Source of the DNA: an uncultured Prevotella sp.
GTDB taxonomy: Bacteria > Bacteroidota > Bacteroidia > Bacteroidales > Bacteroidaceae
Direction: 5' to 3'
Length of the DNA: 54,216 bases
NCBI GenBank assembly: GCA_964655685.1
Contig: CAZZNO010000001.1
Span: 1 to 54,216, forward strand
Positions 1 to 10,067 of the stretch are shown piece after piece (within the stretch, counting starts at the first letter, position 1; each line of letters starts with the position of its first letter). The position numbers and the translations under genes are program-made. The notes under the pieces are model-generated. The model ran no database searches. It was given only the letters and a program-made list of their open reading frames with translations, and had not been told where the DNA came from.

Positions 1-2
1 TC

Positions 3-689
3 TCCATCTTCAAATATCTTCTCAACACCAAGCGACCGCTGATAGACAAGGTGCCGCAGTTGGACTGGCGGCGGCAGCACTATGTAGGCTTCGACCTGCC
101 AAGCGGCGATGCCACTATATATCCGCAGGTCATCATGCCGAAAAAAGGAACGCTGATAAAGCTCCCGACGAAAGGCAGAGGCAAGAACACGAAGAAAGGG
201 CCAGGCGAGGGCTACCTGTGTTGGCAGGTGCTTCGCCACAATCTGAAAGGCTTCTACGACAACGTAGCGGTTTCCGTAGGCGGACACCGCTACGTGCCTG
301 ACCTCGCCTATATTGACGAGGAGCAAGGCATATTTATCGACATTGAGAACGACGAGCCCTACGTGATGAGTTCGCGCATTCCGACCCATTACACCGGCAA
401 GGACGATGACCGCAACCGCGCCTTCACCGAGGCGGGCTGGATAGTGGTGCGCTTCAGCGAACGGCAGGACTTCAACAATGCCGCAGGAAGCCTCAAATTC
501 GTCTATGACCTAATAAAGAAGATTAACCCCACCTCGTCTATACCCTCTTGCCTTCAGAACATTCGGCCCGTCGAGTCAGAGCCACGCTGGAGCTACGACC
601 ATGTCCGGCAATTGGCGGCAGCCGACTACCGCATGACATATATGAGTAAGAAAATCGAATGGTGGCTGTACAACAGATTCTTGAGATAG
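3..689 (+). CDS. DUF559/Vsr-like PD-(D/E)XK endonuclease-domain protein, probably 5'-truncated by the window edge
   Basis: The frame is open from position 3. Motifs YVPDLAY..IDIEND, H..DDDRNRAFTEAGWIVVRFSE fit the DUF559/Vsr fold. Confidence 0.6.
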   Translation, partial: SIFKYLLNTKRPLIDKVPQLDWRRQHYVGFDLPSGDATIYPQVIMPKKGTLIKLPTKGRGKNTKKGPGEGYLCWQVLRHNLKGFYDNVAVSVGGHRYVPDLAYIDEEQGIFIDIENDEPYVMSSRIPTHYTGKDDDRNRAFTEAGWIVVRFSERQDFNNAAGSLKFVYDLIKKINPTSSIPSCLQNIRPVESEPRWSYDHVRQLAAADYRMTYMSKKIEWWLYNRFLR

Positions 690-714
690 AACGTTCGTGC
701 ATGCGCTTACGCTT

Positions 715-1830
715 TTACTTTAGCCACAGCTGCATCAGTTCGTCGTCAACATAGTATGAATCTTGCTCGCGGGAGACGATATGATATTCGAGAAGCTTTT
801 TGACTGCTGCCTGTACACTGCTTGCCGACCTCAGTTGATGCTTTTTTATGAACTTAGACGAAGTCATTTGTCTTGCAGTGCCTTCGTCGGCAATAGCATA
901 AAGTAGCTCTTTTTGAGGCAGTGTCAGCCTTGAAAGGGTTTCACTGAATTTGCGGTCGCTGTCAAGCAGCAGGGAGTTGATGACCTGGTCTACGGTCTCC
1001 ATAGTGACGGCATGTCCTTCGGCAGTAGAGTTGAAAGCACCGTGAAAAACCTTCTGCAGGTAATATGTATTGCCCTTGAAAAGCTCATAAACATGGCTTA
1101 TGACCTCGTCGTTAGTACTTTTGTTGTATCTGTCCAAAAGCTCGTGAACAAAAGGCGTGTATTTATCCAAAGGTATGGCAGAGAGATTCATGATGTCGGC
1201 ACTATTGTAGAAAGGCCTTGCACGGTTGGTAAACATCTCGTCGATTAGATGCCTCTCGCTTCCCGAAAAGATGAAGTGAGCATTATTGCAGTTTTGAATA
1301 TGAGTACGCAATACGGCTTCCATATTCTTTTCGGGGTAATAGCATATTTGTTGGAACTCGTCAATAGCCACGAGACATGGCATGTCAGCCTGCTCCAGGC
1401 ATTTGAATATTTCTTCCAAGGTGTATTGCGGTGAAGTAAGGTCACCAAGTGACAGGCTGAAAGTAGGCGTGTTGTTTATCGGGTCGTAGCCAAAATTGCC
1501 ATTGATTGACTTCAAAGTCTTTACAACCATCCGAAGCATTCTTTCACTACGATGTGCCGCCTTTTCGAAAACAGCTTTACCCAAAGCGTATGTAAACTCC
1601 TGTATGCTCGACGTCCGCAGTATGTCTATGGTAATGGTTAAGTAGTGGTCTTTGATGGCGTTTTGGTTCCAGCAAAAATCTATAAGCTTGCTTTTGCCTA
1701 TTCTGCGTGGAGCCATAAGGACCATGTTCTCGCCGCCGGTGAGGCAGCTGACAATACGTTTCGATTCTTCCCTGCGGTCGCAGAAAAACTCAGGTTTTAC
1801 CTTTCCTGTAACAATGAACGGATTCTCCAT
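715..1830 (-). CDS. AAA+ ATP-binding protein (ATPase_2/archaeal-ATPase type) with probable C-terminal winged helix
   Basis: N-terminal ENPF..FFCDRREE, Walker A APRRIGKS, Walker B VAIDEFQ, FSGS sensor and a helical C-terminus (SSVQAAVKKLLE). Confidence 0.8.
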   Translation of the reverse strand: MENPFIVTGKVKPEFFCDRREESKRIVSCLTGGENMVLMAPRRIGKSKLIDFCWNQNAIKDHYLTITIDILRTSSIQEFTYALGKAVFEKAAHRSERMLRMVVKTLKSINGNFGYDPINNTPTFSLSLGDLTSPQYTLEEIFKCLEQADMPCLVAIDEFQQICYYPEKNMEAVLRTHIQNCNNAHFIFSGSERHLIDEMFTNRARPFYNSADIMNLSAIPLDKYTPFVHELLDRYNKSTNDEVISHVYELFKGNTYYLQKVFHGAFNSTAEGHAVTMETVDQVINSLLLDSDRKFSETLSRLTLPQKELLYAIADEGTARQMTSSKFIKKHQLRSASSVQAAVKKLLEYHIVSREQDSYYVDDELMQLWLK

Positions 1831-1847
1831 GCTTTGTCTTTTGCCCG

Positions 1848-1917
1848 CAAAGTTATGAAGAATATTTCAATTATGCAAACAGAATTATTCAAATTGCATA
1901 ATTCAATTTGAATAATT
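1848..1917 (-). promoter_or_regulatory. Primary-sigma promoter of the ATPase gene overlapped by nested palindromes
   Basis: Minus strand TTTG(1879-1876)-N20-TAACTTTG(1855-1848). Inverted repeats at 1869-1878/1894-1903 and 1883-1896/1904-1917. Confidence 0.65.
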
Positions 1918-1983
1918 TGTTTACTCTGCCGCCACCTTTATCTTTCCTCCTTTTTCCTCTTTATGTTTGCCGGCATCGCAGCC

Positions 1984-2748
1984 TTATTTCTCTTCGTTAT
2001 ACGCAGTCTTCACCTTCTTCAATAGGTCAGAGGCGAAGATGAAGTCGTTGAGGCGTTGGTTGGTGGCGCCCATCACGTCGTCTTTGGTGCCTTCCCACTC
2101 TTTGCGTCCTTTGTAGATGAAGATGATGTTTTCGCCGATGCCCATCACCGAGTTCATGTCGTGAGTGTTGATGATGGTGGTGATGTTGTATTCCTTCGTA
2201 ATCTCCGACAGCAGCCCGTCTATGACGAGTGAAGTTTTAGGGTCGAGACCCGAGTTGGGCTCGTCGCAAAAGAGGTATTTGGGGTTGAGGACTATGGCGC
2301 GCGCTATAGCCACACGCTTCTGCATGCCGCCCGAAATCTCGTTGGGATATTTGTTTTCCGCCCCGTTCAGGTTTACGCGCTCTATGCACTCCATAGCCCT
2401 GCGGTCGCGTTCGCGGCTGTTCATATTGGAGAACATGTCGAGCGGGAAGCGCACGTTCTCCAACACAGACATAGAGTCGAACAGCGCCGCACCTTGGAAA
2501 ATCATGCCCATCTCGCGGCGCATAGCCACCTTCTCTTTCTTGTTCATGGTCACGAAGTTGCGGCCGTCGTAGAGTATCTCGCCCGATGTAGGCGTGAGCA
2601 GCCCTACGAGGTTGTTCATCAGCACCGTCTTGCCCGAGCCGCTCTGCCCTATGATGAGGTTCGTTTTGCCCGTTTCGAAGGTGGCGTTTATATCGTAGAG
2701 GACGGTTTTGTCCTCGAAGCTTTTCGTAAGATTCTTTACTTCAATCAT
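1984..2748 (-). CDS. mlaF: ABC transporter ATP-binding subunit, MlaF family
   Basis: GQSGSGKT, ISGGMQKRVAIARA, DEPNSGLDP. The start MIEVKN overlaps the mlaE stop (ATGA). Confidence 0.85.
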   Translation of the reverse strand: MIEVKNLTKSFEDKTVLYDINATFETGKTNLIIGQSGSGKTVLMNNLVGLLTPTSGEILYDGRNFVTMNKKEKVAMRREMGMIFQGAALFDSMSVLENVRFPLDMFSNMNSRERDRRAMECIERVNLNGAENKYPNEISGGMQKRVAIARAIVLNPKYLFCDEPNSGLDPKTSLVIDGLLSEITKEYNITTIINTHDMNSVMGIGENIIFIYKGRKEWEGTKDDVMGATNQRLNDFIFASDLLKKVKTAYNEEK

Positions 2749-3503
2749 GACAGCAACTCTGTAAGGAACACGTCGGAGAACAATATAAGCACGCTGGAGC
2801 ACACCACGGCGTTTGTTGATGCCGTGCCCACCTCAACCGAGCCGCCTTCCACGGTGTAGCCGAAATAGCTCGACACGCTGGCGATGATGAAGGCGAAGAA
2901 CAGGCTCTTGATGATACTCATCCACACAAACCACGAGTTGAAGGCGTGGTGCATGCCCGCCGTGAGATCCTCTGGCGACATCATTTGTCCTATGAATGCA
3001 GTGGCGTAGGCACCGATGATGCCCAGTGCTGACGAGAAAATCACCAGGAACGGCATGATGGTCACCAACCCCATAATCTTGGGTAGGATGAGGTAGCTTG
3101 CCGAGTTCACCCCCATGATGTCGAGCGCGTCAATCTGCTGCGTCACCCTCATCGTGCCCAGCTCCGAGGCGATGTTCGAACCCACCTTGCCGGCAAGTAT
3201 GAGGCACATTATCGACGACGAGAACTCCAGCAGCATTATCTCCCTTGTCACGTAGCCCGTCACCCATCGGGGCATCCACGGGCTCTGGATGTTCACCTTC
3301 ATCTGTATGCAAATCACGGCACCGATGAAGAAGCTTATCAGCAGCACGATGCCTATGGAGTCAACGCCGAGCTGCGACATCTCCTTCACATACCGCTTGC
3401 CGAACATGCGCATGCGCTCCGGCACCGAGAACGTGCGGCCCATCAGCATGAGGTAGCGGCCGAACGTCGTGAGGTATCTGTTGAGTAACTTTATTATGAA
3501 CAT
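2745..3503 (-). CDS. mlaE: ABC transporter permease, MlaE family
   Basis: Signature AGKVGSNIASELGTMRVTQQIDAL and multiple TM helices. ATG at 3503 chosen as start. Confidence 0.88.
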   Translation of the reverse strand: MFIIKLLNRYLTTFGRYLMLMGRTFSVPERMRMFGKRYVKEMSQLGVDSIGIVLLISFFIGAVICIQMKVNIQSPWMPRWVTGYVTREIMLLEFSSSIMCLILAGKVGSNIASELGTMRVTQQIDALDIMGVNSASYLILPKIMGLVTIMPFLVIFSSALGIIGAYATAFIGQMMSPEDLTAGMHHAFNSWFVWMSIIKSLFFAFIIASVSSYFGYTVEGGSVEVGTASTNAVVCSSVLILFSDVFLTELLS

Positions 3504-3615
3504 GCTGCAAAAGTAGCCAAAAATCAATTAAAAACTGCAATATTGAGCATAGTTTTTCGCTTTGGCAACGTTATTAATCGTTTTTTTAGTAATTTTGTAC
3601 CAAAATCCATTTCGT

Positions 3616-4635
3616 ATGACAGAACAAGCCAACATACATAATCCGTCAGAGCAGCCCGAAGCCCAGGTGCCTCAGCCTGAAACAGCAGTGCCGCAGGCGG
3701 ATACCTCAGAGCCTCAGCCCGAACCAACAGAGCTTCAGCCCGAATCCTCAGAGTCGCAGCCCTATGCCGCCCCTCAGCCCGACGTTGACAATATGTCCCC
3801 AGAGGAGGTGGACCGGCTTCTGCAAGCCAGGCTGAAACACCAGGAACTGCACACCCGTGACCTTGTGAAGCGCTACGGCAAGCGCACCGTAGCCGACCAC
3901 GTCACGTTCAACGTCAAGCAGGGCGAGATAGTTGGCCTGCTCGGGCCCAACGGCGCCGGCAAGACAACCTCCTTCTACATGACAACGGGCCTCGTACTGC
4001 CAAACGAGGGCCATGTCTACATCGACGACAAAGAGATAACCTCCTATCCCGTCTACAAGCGCGCCCGCGCCGGCATAGGCTACCTGCCGCAGGAGGCCAG
4101 TGTCTTCCGCAAGCTCTCCGTGGAAGACAACATCATGGCGGTGCTCGAAATGACAAAGCTCACCCACCAGCAGCAGCTTGCGAAGCTCGACAGCCTTATA
4201 GCCGAGTTCCGCTTGCAGAAGGTACGCAAGAACAAGGGTGACCGCCTGTCCGGCGGCGAGCGGCGCCGCACCGAGATAGCCCGCTGCCTTGCCATAGACC
4301 CTAAGTTCATAATGCTCGACGAGCCCTTCGCCGGCGTAGACCCCATAGCCGTAGAAGACATACAGCACATCGTCTGGCGCCTGAAGTACCGCAACATCGG
4401 CATCCTCATCACCGACCACAACGTGCAGGAGACTCTCTCCATTACCGACCGTGCCTACCTCCTTTTCGAAGGACGCATCCTTTTCCAAGGGCTTCCCGAG
4501 GAGCTTGCGGCAAACAAGATAGTTCGCAAAAACTATCTGTCCGACAATTTCGTCTACCGCAAGTTCCAAAGCAACGCTGAAGACCAAGCCTTCGCCGCCG
4601 AAGCACGAAAACAGCTGCTTAAGGAAATAGAATGA
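3616..4635 (+). CDS. lptB: LPS export ABC transporter ATPase LptB with P/Q/E-rich N-terminal extension
   Basis: [62 protein letters not shown]. Confidence 0.9.
   Translation: MTEQANIHNPSEQPEAQVPQPETAVPQADTSEPQPEPTELQPESSESQPYAAPQPDVDNMSPEEVDRLLQARLKHQELHTRDLVKRYGKRTVADHVTFNVKQGEIVGLLGPNGAGKTTSFYMTTGLVLPNEGHVYIDDKEITSYPVYKRARAGIGYLPQEASVFRKLSVEDNIMAVLEMTKLTHQQQLAKLDSLIAEFRLQKVRKNKGDRLSGGERRRTEIARCLAIDPKFIMLDEPFAGVDPIAVEDIQHIVWRLKYRNIGILITDHNVQETLSITDRAYLLFEGRILFQGLPEELAANKIVRKNYLSDNFVYRKFQSNAEDQAFAAEARKQLLKEIE
3649..3783 (+). repeat. Degenerate 21-nt (7-aa, xQPExxx) coding tandem repeat in the lptB 5' extension
   Basis: About 6 units, e.g. cctcagcctgaaacagcagtg, cctcagcccgaaccaacagag, cttcagcccgaatcctcagag. 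Confidence 0.75.
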
Positions 4636-4668
4636 AAAAGGAAAGACCGAGGAAGCTGAACTACAGTA

Positions 4669-4778
4669 ACACTGTTCGTGTCACGCCTTGACACTGTTCG
4701 TGTCACGCCCTGACACTGTGTGTGTCACGCCGTGACATTGTGCGTGTCACGCCGTGACACAATGACTTCTACGCCGTA
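4669..4778. repeat. 22-bp tandem repeat array A (4 good units plus 1 degenerate)
   Basis: acactgttcgtgtcacgccttg / acactgttcgtgtcacgccctg / acactgtgtgtgtcacgccgtg / acattgtgcgtgtcacgccgtg; dyad gtgtcacg-c-cgtgacac. Confidence 0.9.
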
Positions 4779-4897
4779 GTAACGTTATTGTAAAATCGTG
4801 GTAAACCAATTCTAAAAGTCTTGTTGCCATGCGCCCGTGCCGTGGCAAACGCCCGTAAAGCCAAGCTGGAAGCCCATTGAATATAGTGCAAAGGTTT

Positions 4898-5470
4898 TTA
4901 TTCTGCTATTTGAGCCGCTAAAAGAGTGAGCAATATCAGCGATAGTTTGCCCAGCCTTTGCCTTAAGAAAGCCATGCCGCGTTTGCGGTGAGTCTTTACT
5001 GTCTCAATGCTCATGCCGAGCGCCTCGGCAATCTCGCTGTTGCGCATTCCCTCTATTACCTTCAACAGCACCTCACGGCTGCGAGGCGGCAGCTCGTCTA
5101 TTGTGGCAAATAGCTGGCGGTAAACCTCCTCTGTGAAGACAGTTTCGTCTTCAGGCAGCGCACCATAGCCGAGTTCCTTTTGCTTCTCGGCATACAAGCT
5201 TTCCACCTTCTTATGTTTTAAATGGTTGAGGCTTCGGTTGCGCACCGTAGAATAGAGCCATGCTGAGACGGCTTGCTCTGATGTGAACATAACCGGATGA
5301 GTGGCAAGTATGGTTATGTTTTCCTGTACAATGTCTTCGGCATCGTCCCTGTCGCCCACAATCTGCATGGCAAAATTCACCAATGCCCTATAATATAATG
5401 TGTAGAGCTGGTGGAAGGCGCAATCCTTGCCTTCGTTGAGAGCGACCACGTCAAGCGACATCGTATTCAT
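4898..5470 (-). CDS. ECF (FecI-like) RNA polymerase sigma factor
   Basis: Region 2 DAEDIVQE..WLYSTVRNRSLNHLKH and region 4 LPPRSREV..NSEIAEALGMSIETVKTH. Divergent from a fecR-like gene. Confidence 0.9.
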   Translation of the reverse strand: MNTMSLDVVALNEGKDCAFHQLYTLYYRALVNFAMQIVGDRDDAEDIVQENITILATHPVMFTSEQAVSAWLYSTVRNRSLNHLKHKKVESLYAEKQKELGYGALPEDETVFTEEVYRQLFATIDELPPRSREVLLKVIEGMRNSEIAEALGMSIETVKTHRKRGMAFLRQRLGKLSLILLTLLAAQIAE

Positions 5471-5565
5471 ATCGTTTGCAAAAATAATTATTTTTTCTAA
5501 TATTTTGTACCCACATTCTTACAATTATTTGTTTTTTTAATGTAAAAAGGTAAATAAAAGTATTT

Positions 5566-6705
5566 ATGGATTTCTCTGAACAGCAAATTGCGCGTCTTGT
5601 CCATGACCACATTCTCGGCATTACAAGTCAAGAGGATGAAAAGGTATTGCAGACTTGGCTGTCTGAAGATAAGGCTCATCGGCGGTTGTTTGACGGCCTC
5701 ATGGCGCGTGGTGACCTTGCACGCCGTTATCGGCAGTATGCCTCTGTCGACAGTGAGCGCGCCTGGAAATCGTTCAGTCGCCGAAGCCGTGAGGCTCGTC
5801 GCTTGATTTTGCTGAGGCGCATTGTAGCTGTAGCTGCCGTTGTAGCGTTGTTTGTTGTTGGAGCCGCTGTTGTATGGCAGTCGCGGCAATCGTCTGGTTC
5901 AGGCAGAACCGTTGTGGCTGAGAAAGTCAGGCTTGCCCCTGCCGTGAGTCGGGCGCGGCAGTCGTCAATCAAGGCAGGGCGACTGCAAGGTGTTGTGGCG
6001 GTTGGCGACAAGACCTACACTGTTTCTTCTCTTGAAGACTATGCTCGTATACTTGCTGAAGTGCCTGTAGACGCAGAGTCGACTATAACCACGAAGGACG
6101 GTAAGGAATACTGGTTTACTTTGAGTGACGGCACGCAGGTGCATCTCGACAACCATTCGTCGTTGAAGTATCCCGTGCAGTTTGCCGAAGGACACCGTGA
6201 GGTGGTAGTTCGTGGCACAGCATGGTTCAAGGTAGCGCCTGGCAAGTCTCCTTTCTATGTCTATACGTCTGACGGCATCATCACCGACCGCGGCACGGAG
6301 TTCATGGTTTCCACGAACGAGGATGATGGCCATACCGACGTGGTGCTCTTCGAGGGCAAAGTTGGTGTGAGCCGGAATGGTGGTGACGAGATACCGCTTA
6401 AACCAGGGCAAAAAGCAAAGCTGTCACCACGGGGCGTGAGCGTTGAGAAAGCTGATCTTGCTGTTTATCGTGCCTGGAATGAGGGCGAGTTTCTTTTCCA
6501 TGATGTAGCCCTTGGCGAGGTTATGAGCCTTGTGGGGCATTGGTACGATGTAGACGTGGAGTTTGCCCGCCAGGCATACAGCAACATGACTTTCACAGGC
6601 TCCATCGACCGTTACGGTACGCTTGACGGTTTTTTGGAGGCAGTGCGCAATGTCACAGGCCTGCCCGTGCATAAGGAAAATGACAAAGTCATAATAGGAC
6701 AATAA
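5566..6705 (+). CDS. FecR-family anti-sigma factor
   Basis: N-terminal LQTWL, one TM helix, LSDGTQVHL..SSLKYP..REV..G.AWFKV, GTEF, and a C-terminal AWNEG..WYDV domain. Confidence 0.88.
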   Translation: MDFSEQQIARLVHDHILGITSQEDEKVLQTWLSEDKAHRRLFDGLMARGDLARRYRQYASVDSERAWKSFSRRSREARRLILLRRIVAVAAVVALFVVGAAVVWQSRQSSGSGRTVVAEKVRLAPAVSRARQSSIKAGRLQGVVAVGDKTYTVSSLEDYARILAEVPVDAESTITTKDGKEYWFTLSDGTQVHLDNHSSLKYPVQFAEGHREVVVRGTAWFKVAPGKSPFYVYTSDGIITDRGTEFMVSTNEDDGHTDVVLFEGKVGVSRNGGDEIPLKPGQKAKLSPRGVSVEKADLAVYRAWNEGEFLFHDVALGEVMSLVGHWYDVDVEFARQAYSNMTFTGSIDRYGTLDGFLEAVRNVTGLPVHKENDKVIIGQ

Positions 6706-6730
6706 CCGAATAAATAACCTTTAAAAAAGT

Positions 6731-9700
6731 ATGAGAATGAAAGAAAAAGTCAAAAACATCTTGGTTCTCGCGCTCTTTGCAGTCATCTCTTTTGCCATGT
6801 TGCCACAGGCATCGTTGGCTCAAAGCCCGACAGCGAAGCGAGTTACCCTTAGTTATGACAAAGTGCCGGTGAGCAAAGTGTTTGGTGAAATACGCCGGCA
6901 GACAGGGCTCAACTACATCATGAAGTCAGGTGCCAGTGCCGAAAGTGATGTCACCGTTAATGCCAATGATGCCAGCGTGCAGAGCGTGGTGTCAGACATT
7001 TGCCGGCAGATAGGCTGCACCTATGAGATTAGCGGTGGCTATATCACCATCACCCCCAAGGCACAGGCACCTGCTGCCGCTAATGGCGGACGTACGCTGC
7101 GTGGCACGGTTGTCAATGCTGAAGGAGAGCCTTTGATTGGTGTTACCGTTGTTCCTAACAATTCTGTCAAGAATGCGGTTGTTACTGACGTGAACGGTTA
7201 TTTTACCATTCCTGCACGCAATGTAAAGTTCCCTTGCCACCTGTCTATTAAATATGTCGGCTTCGAGGAGCAGACAGTCAATGTGGCAGAAGGAAGGCTC
7301 AATCTTGGGCAGATAACCATGAAGGAGAGCGCTTATTCTCTTAACGATGTCGTTGTCATTGGCTATGGCGAACAGTCGCGCAAGTTGCTTACCGGCTCAG
7401 TGTCGGAGGTTAAAGGCGATGTCGTGACCAAGGCTACGCAAGATTCTCCTATCCTTGCCTTGCAAGGTCATGCCTCCGGTGTTTACATTGAGCAGGCATC
7501 AGGCATGCCAGGCGGTGGCTCGTCTACAATTCTTATTCGTGGCGCCAAGTCGCTGATGCAGGGAACAAAGCCGTTGTATATTATCGACGGCGTGCCGTTT
7601 AACTCCAATAACGACAACCCAGTGGGATATACTGCCACGGGAGCTTTGGGCTTGCCTGATGCGCTTGGCTTCCTGAACCCTGACGACATTGAAAGTATTG
7701 ACGTGCTGAAAGATGCCGATGCTACGGCTATCTATGGTACGCGTGGCTCAAACGGCGTAATACTTATAACCACGAAGAAAGGACAGTCGGGCAAGGTGAA
7801 AGTCAATGTCTCTTATGCCGGCACGGCGCAGTGGATAGGCAAACGACTTGACTTTGCTGACACTAATACATACCTTGACATTCGCCGCAAGGCATTTGAG
7901 GCTGACAAGTCACGTGGGTTGCTTACGGATGAAGACTATACAGCCGAGAACTTTCCCGACCTTTTGCTCTGGGACCAGAACAAGAACTATGACTGGCAGG
8001 ACATCTTGCTTGGCAATACGGCATGGGGCAATGACATAAAGGCATCTGTGTCTGGTGGCAATCGCAATACCTCATTCTTCGTTAGTGGTGGCTACTATGA
8101 CACAGGCACGCCTACTGTAGGCGATGACAAATACAAGCGTTGGAATTTAAGGAGCAACATTGCTTATCACACCGATGACAACCGTTTTAACTTGGAAGCA
8201 GGCCTTGCTCTCTCGCAAATTACACAAGATGCTGACGCCGCTGGCAGTGGCTTCGAATACCTCAACACTGCTCCTAATACGCCGCCTTATAGCGATGACG
8301 GCAGCGTGTATTGGATTCCAAACAACAGGGAATACAAGGCTCCGCTTGCCCTCCTTAATTATAAAGGTCGCAACAAGGCTACAAGCGTTACTGCCAATAT
8401 TAATGCAAGCTATCGTATTTGGGACAACCTTGTGGCAAAGGTTACTTTTGGCTACGAACACAGCAGTAGTGACCAGCAAAATCTCTATAATAGCGACTTC
8501 TACAATCCGTATTCGCCAGACAGTTACAACGAAGGGCGTTATAGGACTGAGTCTACTCAGTCGTTGAATGTTGAGCCACAGCTTACCTATAGCCATGACC
8601 TTTTCGGCGGCACAGCGACTATTCTTGTGGGCGGAACTTATCAAAGCAACGAGGAAAAGCTGCTCGTCATAGACGGAACTAATTATCCTGGTGACATATT
8701 CCTTGCTGATGCCAATTCGGCAGCGTCTATTTCTTATCATCACAACCCCACATACCAGAGCAAGATGGCGTCGTTCTTTAGTCGCTTGAGCTATAACTAT
8801 GAGAACCGCTACCTCCTGAACGCCGTTTACCGTCGTGACGGCAGCAGTAAGTTTGGTTCTGACCATCGTTGGGGCGATTTCTGGTCGGTAGGCGGTGGAT
8901 GGATTTTCTCTAATGAGAAGTTCATGAAAGAAAACTTCCGTTGGCTGAGCTACGGCAAGCTGAGGATGAGCTATGGTAAGACGGGTTCTACAAGCGGCAT
9001 TTCCGATTATCAGTATATGTCTATGTACAAGACTTCCGCCTATACATACGAGGGAAAGGTAGGCATAAAGCCCGACAACCTTGAGAACGCAAACCTGCAT
9101 TGGGAGTCTACGAAGAAGTTTGATGTAGGACTTAGCCTTGGCTTCTTTGATGACAGGCTCTTGCTGGAAGGCAGCTATTACAATGAGCGGAGCAATAACC
9201 TCCTTACAAATCTGACATTGCCTTATCAGACAGGCTTCTCGTCGATTACGTCTAACCAGCCTGCCGAGATAGAGAATTCAGGATTTGAGGTTGAGTTTAA
9301 TACAGTCAACATCAGCAATAAGGACTGGAAGTGGACGACGAACTTGAATTTCACCTTCCCGAAGAACAAGCTCCTTAAATATCCTGGATTGGAATCATCG
9401 GCTTATTCCAACACATACGAGATAGGCAAGAGTATAAATATCTTCCGCGGCTATAAATACACAGGCGTGGATCCTGAGACAGGTGTGCCCACAGTGGAGG
9501 ACGTGGATGGCGACGGAAAGATTACTTCTGCAAACGACTATCAGACGCTCGGCTCTGTTGACGCTTCTTTCTATGGCGGCTTGTCGAACACTGTAAAGTT
9601 CAAGAATTTCACCCTCGATGTGAACTTCTACTTCAGGAGTTGCAAGTATAAGCCAGGCTATTATTACAGTTTCTTCTATCCGATTGGCACGCAGTATAAT

Positions 9701-10054
9701 ATCACCAAAGACATGGCAGAAAACTATTGGACTACACCAGGTCAGTCGGCTAAGTATCCCGGGCTGACAACGCTGCTCAGCTCTGGCGACATAGGCAGGG
9801 TGTATTCACAGTATCTTGGCTATTCAGACTTTGCCTACAGCAGTGGTTCTTACCTGCGCCTGAAGAACGTTCGCCTTGCCTTTGATTTCCCGCGCAGTTG
9901 GTTGAAGTCGGCTGGCATAAGCGCTTTGCAAGTCTATGCTCAAGGCAATAACCTGTTCACCATTACCGGCTACGATTCTTACGACCCTGAGGCAGGCTAC
10001 GGTGCTGTACCTGTGACCAATTCTTTCACTTTCGGCGTAAACATTACCTTCTAA
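6731..10054 (+). CDS. SusC/RagA TonB-dependent transporter with N-terminal STN signalling domain
   Basis: Signal peptide, STN and carboxypeptidase-regulatory-like domains, PLYIIDGVP, DIESIDVLKDADATAIYGTRGSNGVILITTKKG, YLRLKNV, terminal F. Confidence 0.93.
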   Translation: MRMKEKVKNILVLALFAVISFAMLPQASLAQSPTAKRVTLSYDKVPVSKVFGEIRRQTGLNYIMKSGASAESDVTVNANDASVQSVVSDICRQIGCTYEISGGYITITPKAQAPAAANGGRTLRGTVVNAEGEPLIGVTVVPNNSVKNAVVTDVNGYFTIPARNVKFPCHLSIKYVGFEEQTVNVAEGRLNLGQITMKESAYSLNDVVVIGYGEQSRKLLTGSVSEVKGDVVTKATQDSPILALQGHASGVYIEQASGMPGGGSSTILIRGAKSLMQGTKPLYIIDGVPFNSNNDNPVGYTATGALGLPDALGFLNPDDIESIDVLKDADATAIYGTRGSNGVILITTKKGQSGKVKVNVSYAGTAQWIGKRLDFADTNTYLDIRRKAFEADKSRGLLTDEDYTAENFPDLLLWDQNKNYDWQDILLGNTAWGNDIKASVSGGNRNTSFFVSGGYYDTGTPTVGDDKYKRWNLRSNIAYHTDDNRFNLEAGLALSQITQDADAAGSGFEYLNTAPNTPPYSDDGSVYWIPNNREYKAPLALLNYKGRNKATSVTANINASYRIWDNLVAKVTFGYEHSSSDQQNLYNSDFYNPYSPDSYNEGRYRTESTQSLNVEPQLTYSHDLFGGTATILVGGTYQSNEEKLLVIDGTNYPGDIFLADANSAASISYHHNPTYQSKMASFFSRLSYNYENRYLLNAVYRRDGSSKFGSDHRWGDFWSVGGGWIFSNEKFMKENFRWLSYGKLRMSYGKTGSTSGISDYQYMSMYKTSAYTYEGKVGIKPDNLENANLHWESTKKFDVGLSLGFFDDRLLLEGSYYNERSNNLLTNLTLPYQTGFSSITSNQPAEIENSGFEVEFNTVNISNKDWKWTTNLNFTFPKNKLLKYPGLESSAYSNTYEIGKSINIFRGYKYTGVDPETGVPTVEDVDGDGKITSANDYQTLGSVDASFYGGLSNTVKFKNFTLDVNFYFRSCKYKPGYYYSFFYPIGTQYNITKDMAENYWTTPGQSAKYPGLTTLLSSGDIGRVYSQYLGYSDFAYSSGSYLRLKNVRLAFDFPRSWLKSAGISALQVYAQGNNLFTITGYDSYDPEAGYGAVPVTNSFTFGVNITF

Positions 10055-10067
10055 AATGCAGAAAACA

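Noticed and set aside
3-1830. Nuclease plus ATPase as a two-gene defence system
   Set aside because: The genes are convergent with separate promoters and the nuclease is truncated by the window edge, so there is no evidence of a functional pair.
4669-4778. 22-bp arrays (also 17084-17171 and 38188-38275) as CRISPR arrays
   Set aside because: Units are directly adjacent with no unique spacers, and there are no cas genes in the window.
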